From assembly GCF_009914755.1 (NCBI RefSeq), contig NC_060926.1: a stretch of 64,000 bases of DNA. One strand, 5' to 3'. The notes under the pieces were generated by a model. The model did not search any database. It was not told where the DNA came from and was given only the letters and a program-made list of their open reading frames with translations. Source of the DNA: the human T2T-CHM13v2.0 reference genome, Homo sapiens. A program made the translations under genes and the position numbers. This document shows positions 55,386 to 64,000 of the stretch, in pieces. Every line of letters starts with the position of its first letter. Position 1 is the first letter of the stretch.

Positions 55386-57739
55386 GTTGTGTAGATCTGG
55401 TTTCATCCCTTGAATTGGGTATTGATGGGCCATTTCAGGCTGCAAACTCATGTCTTGCAGTTCTGAGGAATTATTGTGAATAATTGTATTCATGTTTTCT
55501 TACACTCCATATTCTTTATTCCTGATTTCTGGAACTCTTGTTTTCCCAGCATTGTACCTCTTGGACTTGTTTCTGATTTTCTCTTCCTTCCTATTATTCA
55601 CCTCCTAAGTCTTTATTTTTTCTACTTTTCTGTTCAACTTTATCTTCCAATATATATATCTTCCAATAATATAGTTTGTTTTTATTTTTTCTCTCAGCAC
55701 CATCTCTATTTCCTCTAAGTTGTTTTTGCTAGGTATTTTCATCTCTTTCAGGTTAGGGAATTTCTTCAGGAATCCTTGGTCATCTGCATGTTTTTGAAGT
55801 CACGATATTAAAAACCTGAGTGTATACGTTGGGTTCTTGGGCAGATTGTGACAGCTGAGCTTCTTCACAGTGTAGTCTTGCTGAGGCATTGCTTGAAGAC
55901 CCCCCAAAGTCAATATTTCTATGTTTTTGTTTTTTAGGCTCTTCAGGTTTCTTGAAAAGACATAGACTTCTGCTTGGAGAAGTACAGCTGAAGGAGCACA
56001 GAAGGGATGGAGCCTCCTGTGTTCAGGAGGTGCACGTCCACATTGCACTCTTGTTTTATGTGAGGGTGCATCTGCCAACCGAAGATTTTTCCTTTTGTCA
56101 GCTTCAAAGAGTAAAATCCTCCAGTCTTCCATGGCATGGGGGAGAAGGCAGAGACGGGCATTTTCCCAGAGGCATGGAGAGGACAAACACTTGGCCCTGT
56201 GAATTAGTGAGCCTTCTGGGGACTCTCAGTGTACAATTAAGTTAGTTTTTGGCTTTTCCCATTGCAGGTTTAGGATTTGGCTTTTTTGAATCTGCTAAGT
56301 CAGTTATTTCTCATCCATTTGCTTTCCAGCTACTAAAATGTAGAATTATCTCCTCTTCCATTTGCTTCATTTTTGTAGGCTTATGGCTTTAAAAATCTAT
56401 TTTAAGTGTAATTTTAGTGGAGGGATGGGAGGGAACAAAAGTAGATATGTGTGTGTTCAATCTACCATTTACTTACAAGTAATTCTCATTTTTTAGTGTT
56501 TGTTTTAATCCAGATTCTTATTACAAAAGCAATAATAACATCTGCCCAAAACATCTTTAGCTGTGAAGGTTTTGGGGGAGAAAAATAATATACTCCACCA
56601 TAGCAATTTCAAGAAGCCTAATCCTTGAAAAGCATAGTAAAAACAGCTATCAGTTAGTGAATTACCCTATAGGTCAAATGCTGTCTTGGCTGATTTATAT
56701 ATATTGTATCCAGTTCTCTGCGGGCTCAGTTATTATTTATTTTTCCATAACAGATGGAGAAACAAAGGAGAAAAAATTGAATAAAATTTACTGAGGACAC
56801 CCAGTTGGTAAGAAGTGAGTTTTCTTGAAATCCAGAACCAGATTCAAAGCCTGTTTCTCATATTCCATCTGATTTTTTAATTTGTCAGGGAAAGAGAGTA
56901 CTGGTAGAAGTAATAAAAGAGAGACACAATCAAATGAGCAATTTGTTGATGACGTGTGAAACAAAACCATGATCAGAACAAGGAAAAAGGTGATGGTGTT
57001 TTCCATCAGTGTTTTCTTTGTCTGTTTCTTTTGAATTAAGCTTGCTTTAAAGCCAATACTGGATTAAAGTTTTTCAGTGGCAGGTGAACTTTAAAGGAAA
57101 AGTCCATAAAACTTGCTGTTTTTAAACATCCATAAAACTAGTTGATTTTAACTGAAGCTCTTAAGCATGAAATCAGTACTTGCTGATGACTTCATTGAGA
57201 ACAAATGGACTTGATATTTAATAGACTATAACCAATATGGCCACCTCTGGCCTGATTCAGTCATGAACAGGGCTCAGGCTTTCTTTGCTGGTTGTTAGCA
57301 AAGGTACCTCAGTCAATGGAAGACTTGTCCCTGGATTTTTCTTTGTTTTGCTGACTCCTTTCCATTACAACAGAGATAGATGAGTGTAGTTGTAGCATGG
57401 AGTCTGCCATTAGATATACCTTATTTTGAATTACAATTTGGCCATTCCCTAGGTATTAACCTTGGGCAAATTATTTACCTTTTTTAGTTTATTTCCTCTT
57501 CAGAAAAAGATGGTGAAGTTAGGTGGCTTTGAGGACTAAGGTATTTGGGAAGTAATTGATATAGGACCTGGCTGTGAATTGTTATTTATATAATTTATTT
57601 ATTATTTATTATTCAATGTATGAATACATTGTACTAGAAGCTGAATATTCAAAGATGAATACGATTTGATCTCTGATTTCAATCATCTCAGAGGTTAGTA
57701 CAGGGTGTAGAGTAGAGGTAGATCATTCTAAGAGTCTCT

Positions 57740-59070
57740 ACGCTGTGACACTGACTCCTTACTGACACTTAAAATCCTGTATATAAACCACTGACTCTTG
57801 CATTTGTATATTCAGCCAAGATCTTTTCTCTAGTCTCCAGATCTATAAACTCAGCCTCCTACTTAAGTTTCAGTATTTCATGCGTATCTCAAATTCAACA
57901 CATCCAACATGGCACTTTAAATTCTTCTAAACCTGGTTCTAGTACACGTTTTCTGTCTTTATGGCAGAGGCACTATCTCCCAATTGTATAAACCAGGAAC
58001 TTTGGAATAATCCTCGTGACATGCCTACTTATGCTTCTCCCACATGTAATCCAAAGCTGAGTGCTCTAAATTTTAATCTAAATTTTACCCAATTCTGCTT
58101 GTTAATATTTCTTCTCTATTGCCATACCCCGAATAAGCCCCAGTCATTTCTTGCCTGTATTTCTACTATGACTAGGTTGCCAGCTAATATGGTTCGGCTG
58201 TGTCTCCATCCAAATCTCATCTTGAATTGTAGTTCCCATAATCCCCATGTGTCATGAGAGGGACCTGGTAGTAGGTAATTTAATCATGAAGGCAATTACC
58301 CTTATGCTATTCTTGTAATAGTGAGTGAGTTCTCACAATATTTGATGATTTTATAAGGGGATTCTCCCCCTTTTGTTCGGCACTTCTTCTTGTTGCCACC
58401 TTGTGAAGAAGGACGTGTTTGCTTCCCCTTCCACCATGATTGTAAGTTTCCTGAGGTCTCCCCAGCCATGCAGAACTGTGAGTCAATGAAACCTCTTTCC
58501 CAGTCTTGGGTGTGTCTTTATTAGCAGTATGAGAACAGATGAATACACCAGCTTCTTCTCATGGTTCTTGGAGTTCATTTTCTTTATTGCAGCAAGACAG
58601 CTCTTTTCTTTTCACTGATCTTAAGGTGAAAATAAATTTCCTTACCAGACAGTGTGTGCTTGCTGAATCTGCTTTTCCCAGCCTCCCACTCTGCTTTCTC
58701 TTTTTTCTCTGCCCCGGCCAGGCCTCTACAAACCCCTTTCAGTTACACAGGTATGTATTGGTGCCTTCTCACCACAGGGTCTTTGAACATGGCATTCCTC
58801 CCTAGCCCAACTATGTTTTCTAATTAACTCTAGTCTCCTCTGACAGCAACTCAAGCATCGTCTTCTCAGATAAAATTTGAATGTGATCTCATAGAAATGT
58901 TACTTTTCATCAATGAGAGATCATCACATATCCCTCATTATGCTTTTTTGATTAACCTCTTTTTCCTGTCAATGAAGACAGAATGTTGCATTCACTGCTC
59001 CATTCTAGAGGCTAGGACAGTGCCTAACAGAAAGGGAGGGCTCAGCAAATATTTACAGAATGAACAAATG
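57740..59070 (+). mobile_element. L2 fragment, split by THE1D
   Basis: tatctcaaattcaacacatccaa..., cagggtctttgaacatggcattcc..., and terminus aggacagtgcctaacagaaagggagggctcagcaaatattt. Confidence 0.7.
58185..58547 (+). mobile_element. THE1D MaLR solo LTR
   Basis: atatggttcggctgtgtc...aaatctcatcttgaattgtagttccc...ctttattagcagtatgagaacagatgaataca. Perfect TSD CCAGC at 58180-58184 and 58548-58552. Confidence 0.93.
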
Positions 59071-62000
59071 AGCTTTGAAATTTATGGGAGGTGGAGCTGA
59101 GCTTCCTTTATTATATCTACAGTCTAGCATGGGTAAGTGCTCCGTAAATATGTGATTAAATAGATAAATGAGTGAAAGATTAATGAATAAATATTTTCCT
59201 AAAGGTGAGGTGGGGACATTTAGGGAAGCATTAAACCCCACTGAGAGAAAAGGGGAGGGACGTCAGGATGCCTTCCCAGAGGTGACAATAACTCAGCTAA
59301 AAAGGACCACCAGTTACGAGCCTGGTGAATGGAGCAGCATGAACAATGAGAAGAGGAGGCCTGGCCCGTGGGGGAATCCCAAGTATTTCAGGCTGCTTGG
59401 GGAGTAGGATATGAGAAAGGGACTGGCATCTACTAGTCCGCTCCAAAGAAGACCCAAAATAAATGCAAAAATAATCCCCCATGAGAAGATCTGACAACAG
59501 CAGGGATGAGTCAGAAAGAAAGCAGGCAACAGCAATTTCCTTTTTGGAGAAGTCATGGATTACACACTCCTGTATGACTCCACGAGCTCCCGGGTGTTTG
59601 ATCAAAAGACAGCTTAACGGGGGCTGAGGAAGGAGCCAAGACCGGCCCTGAGCTGACCAGGGAAATTGTAACTGAGCTAACGTGATTAGTCTGAATGGAT
59701 AAAATGTGAATGGGCAGCATGAAGGACAAGCCTCAAGCACGTAAAATCAAGACAGGGAAACCTGTCTTGCCAGGTTTCAAATGAGCAAAAATCTTGAATA
59801 CCCCTTTCAGCCTGGAGAGCCAAAACAAGAGCTGGAAAACAGATTTCTCTTACACTCTCTGAGAATTGTTGAAACTCCAGTTCACAGTCACAATTGTCCT
59901 CAACAAATCCTGAGAGTCTCCATGTGGATCCCCTACATGCACTGACCCAGAAAACTGGGTCTTTACAGGGCACCCTCCTCCTCCGTGGGATGCAGAGGCA
60001 CTGTCCCAGCTGAAGAAGGTATCCCTATCTCACTGCTGAAGCCGCTGAGGCTGTCTCCGTGCTTATGCCCTCTGACCTCTGTGCTCTTCTTCCTCTCCCC
60101 GCGAAGTTTTGGCTGGCCCACTACTCAAGCAGCTGCAAGCTCCACTTGTGACCCTATCCTGGGCACCACCATTCCTTGCCCCACTACATAGTCCGCCAAG
60201 CAGGCCTGCCTCGTGCCCTCAATGTCTTAATCCCATATCACAGATATTTTACTCAAACAGTTCTTTTTGTTTTTAACATACGGTTGCTTTTCCAAAGACT
60301 CAGATATTAATTTATGAAATATGGACCTGAGGAAAATAAGAGTTTTACTCAGAATCACTCTTGTCTTCCTTGTTGGGGCATTTTCCTCATACCCAGCTTA
60401 GGCAACTCAACCCACTCTTTCCCGGGCCATAGTCCTTCACATAAGCAGAGCCTTCCCTCTAGAGCCAGGAGTGGGATTGCTCTGAGTTTGCACTGCAAAT
60501 ATAGATGTCCATAACACCTTCGGTGATAGTATAATTTAATAAATGGGGAAGAAACCAAGTAGTTTATAGGAAATTCAAGCATAATACCTTATAGCCACAT
60601 GATGTTTTATAGCATGCAAAGCCTATTTATATATATTAGACCGTTTTATCCTCGGAGCAATCTTAAAGGGAGGGCAGGATGTACAGACGTTTTATTTATT
60701 GAGTCGGTCAAATTCAGTTAGTATAATTCTTTCCAATTTTATGCTCTTCTGTCTTTATTGGTTATTATTCATGGAGACCAGTACTTCTCTAATTTCTACA
60801 AGAACCCATCTTTGCCCCCCAGCAGCTAACATTCTTCCCATTTTCTGTCATTGCTCACCTGTTATTCCAGTTACAGCCCTTTCCGTTCAATGCCTTCTCA
60901 TGTAAACTCATTCTGCCACCCTGAAGCTTGTCCCCTCACCAATCTCATATCTTGCTTCTGTATCCTGGCTCCATCCACATCTCTGCTCAAGCTCCTCTCA
61001 AAGGACCCTGCTCTGTCTTCCTCATTCCGCTTGCCCTCTACCAATGAATATTCCATGGTAGGCTTTCCCTGCCAGCATCTGCAGTCATGTGGAATGTTAC
61101 TACAAGCTGTCAAGAAAAGCCAAATGTCTAGAATCTGGAATGGTTGATATCTTATGTGGAGCATTCTGAACATAGAGGTGCTACAAATGTCTTATATATC
61201 CAGGTCAGTGACAGGGACAATGAGAGGATGTTGTTAGTTCAAGTTGAGTTCCAGAAGATTCCTCTCCAAGGGTCTCATCTGCTGGAGTCACTTAACCATT
61301 CTGACTTTCTCAACGACAAGGAGATTAATCATTGCTTGCATTTCTTGGCAAATTTTGGGGTATGTATGTCTGTGCATCTGCAAGAGTGAGGTTCATTCTT
61401 CTAAGGATGCCTTTGAAGCCCTTTTCTGCCAGTGGAATCATTAAAGTCATAGGATTCCTGCAAAGGGCGCTGGGTTCAGAACCAATGCCTTTCTCTACCA
61501 CTTCTCATCTCCCCAGCCTTGAGCAAAGCAAATAACCTCATCTCCTGCTGACCATCAGCTGGCTTCTCCATAAAGTAGGAGTAGTAGCATCTGCTCCACT
61601 ATCATGGGTGGCTGGTATAGGAGTGACAGGGGACCATGTGCATAAAAATCCTGTGAAATTCTGTTGCATAGTTAGTGTCCTCTATCCGTATGCTTGGATG
61701 CTGACTGTTGGGGTCTGGGACTAAAGAAATTGTGGGTGTCCAGTTATGAATAATATTACCAAACACAGAGAAATATTTTTATCATAGCGTGTATTATTAG
61801 TAGTACAATTCTGAGCTTGAAATGTTCTCTTATACTGTCTAAAATAATGATATACTCTTTGCATTTTGCTCAGATTTTACAATAAAAAAACTCATAAGTG
61901 CTCTCGTGATCTTAGAGTAGTACTTCATAATTTCAAATGGAAAACAAAAGCACCTCCCTCAATGCTATATTACATTGAAACAAACACAATTAATGTTTCT

Positions 62001-62286
62001 AAACCTATATTTAAATTTTATTTGGAGGAAACCTGAAAAAAAAATGCAGTCAAATTCTATCATTTCAAACAAGAAGAACCAGGGCCAAAGCATAAGTACG
62101 TACTTCAAGTTACGGAGAAAACGCGTAGCAGTCAGAACTGAAAGCCTGTGCTCATTCGTGCCAGGCTAATGCCCTCTCCTTGATTGTCCTGTTTTCCTCA
62201 ATTTTTTCTCATATACACACGCGTAAGAAGATTTGATTCTAACTCATAAACATGAGTAATTTAAGTCTCCTCATCTTAAAAGTTTA

Positions 62287-62598
<312 letters not shown>

Positions 62599-62732
62599 TT
62601 ATAATACAAGAATAATCTAATGCTTAAGTAGCAGCAGAATACAGTCTGCATTCATAATACCTTTTCTGGACTATCTGAGATTTTACGTGGAACTTTTACC
62701 ATCTGTTTACATTGTTGCTCAGGCTACAATGA

Positions 62733-63235
<503 letters not shown>

Positions 63236-64000
63236 AAGTCCAAGCTGTTTTGAGCGGCCTACAAGGCTCCCTGTGATCCAGCCTCAGCAACCTGCCAGCC
63301 TCTGGGAATGTTGAGCTCCCTTTGCTGTTTCCTCTCTGACACTTGACTGTTTTCATTCCCTTGACTGGTGCCCACCAGCTGCTTCCTTCTGCGTCCCATG
63401 CATGACATGTGATTTCTTCCTGCCCATTCTTAGAAAGTGCTTCCCCAGATCGTGTATCTCTTCTCTAACCTTATGGAATCCTCCACATTTTTTTTTATCA
63501 CACCATGTGGTTGTAAATGTGGGCTATACTGTTTGCCATTGTTTGCTTTGCGTTTAATTAAACTGTTAAATTCTAAGTCCCAGGTGGTGGGGACCAAGAT
63601 AGTTTTATATTCCCAGGGCTTAGGAAGGTAATTGACACATAGCTGGGATGCAGACATCATTTCCCCACCAACTTTTAGCCTTACCTTGGTCAGTCTCTGC
63701 TGACTTTGGTAATTTCCAGTGGAGTCAGATTCTTAAGCTGGACTCTGGAGGAATTTGATGTCCACTGCTGCCCTGCTGTGTGAACTCAGTATCTGCCCCT
63801 CCATCCAACTCTGCCTGCCCCTGAGTTTAATGCACCAGGTCCTGACCACCTGTGCAAAGCTTCCATGCTGCTTGGCCATGGCCCAGCCTATCTCCATCTT
63901 CCCTGGCTTACTGCACAAGGTAACCTCGCCTGTAAGCAGGTCAGTCAAGGTACCGTGCACCACCTCCTCCTCTTGAGTGAAGGGCATTTTCCATCTTGAC

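Larger units (their letters stand above)
53250..56470 (-). mobile_element. Old L1M/HAL1-like fragments, interrupted by an Alu and MLT1
   Basis: T-rich antisense ORF1-like phrases (tgtataaaatttaggttggaaatatttttttcttcagaaatttgaaggcatt). Boundaries uncertain. Confidence 0.5.

Overview
Primate (hominoid, most likely human) non-coding DNA, intergenic or deep intronic. I recognise no protein-coding exon, tRNA, rRNA or snRNA gene. The ORF-track entries are Alu-, L1-, L2-, LTR- or repeat-derived, or chance ORFs. The window is a patchwork of transposon relics: about 12 Alus (two very young AluYa-lineage copies with perfect TSDs), L1 fragments of several ages (two with twin-priming inversions), L2/MIR, MLT2B, MLT1, THE1, Tigger3b and MER5. 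It also holds a 50-bp minisatellite with a dimeric higher-order pattern, small local duplications and several repeat-free stretches that look like enhancers. The most unusual item is a CpG-rich ~375-bp TG...CA element (46314-46688) with solo-LTR architecture that I cannot assign to a family. It contains a degenerate motif collinear with the HDV genomic ribozyme core (46362-46435). Repeat family calls come from remembered consensus motifs, and boundaries of old repeats are approximate.
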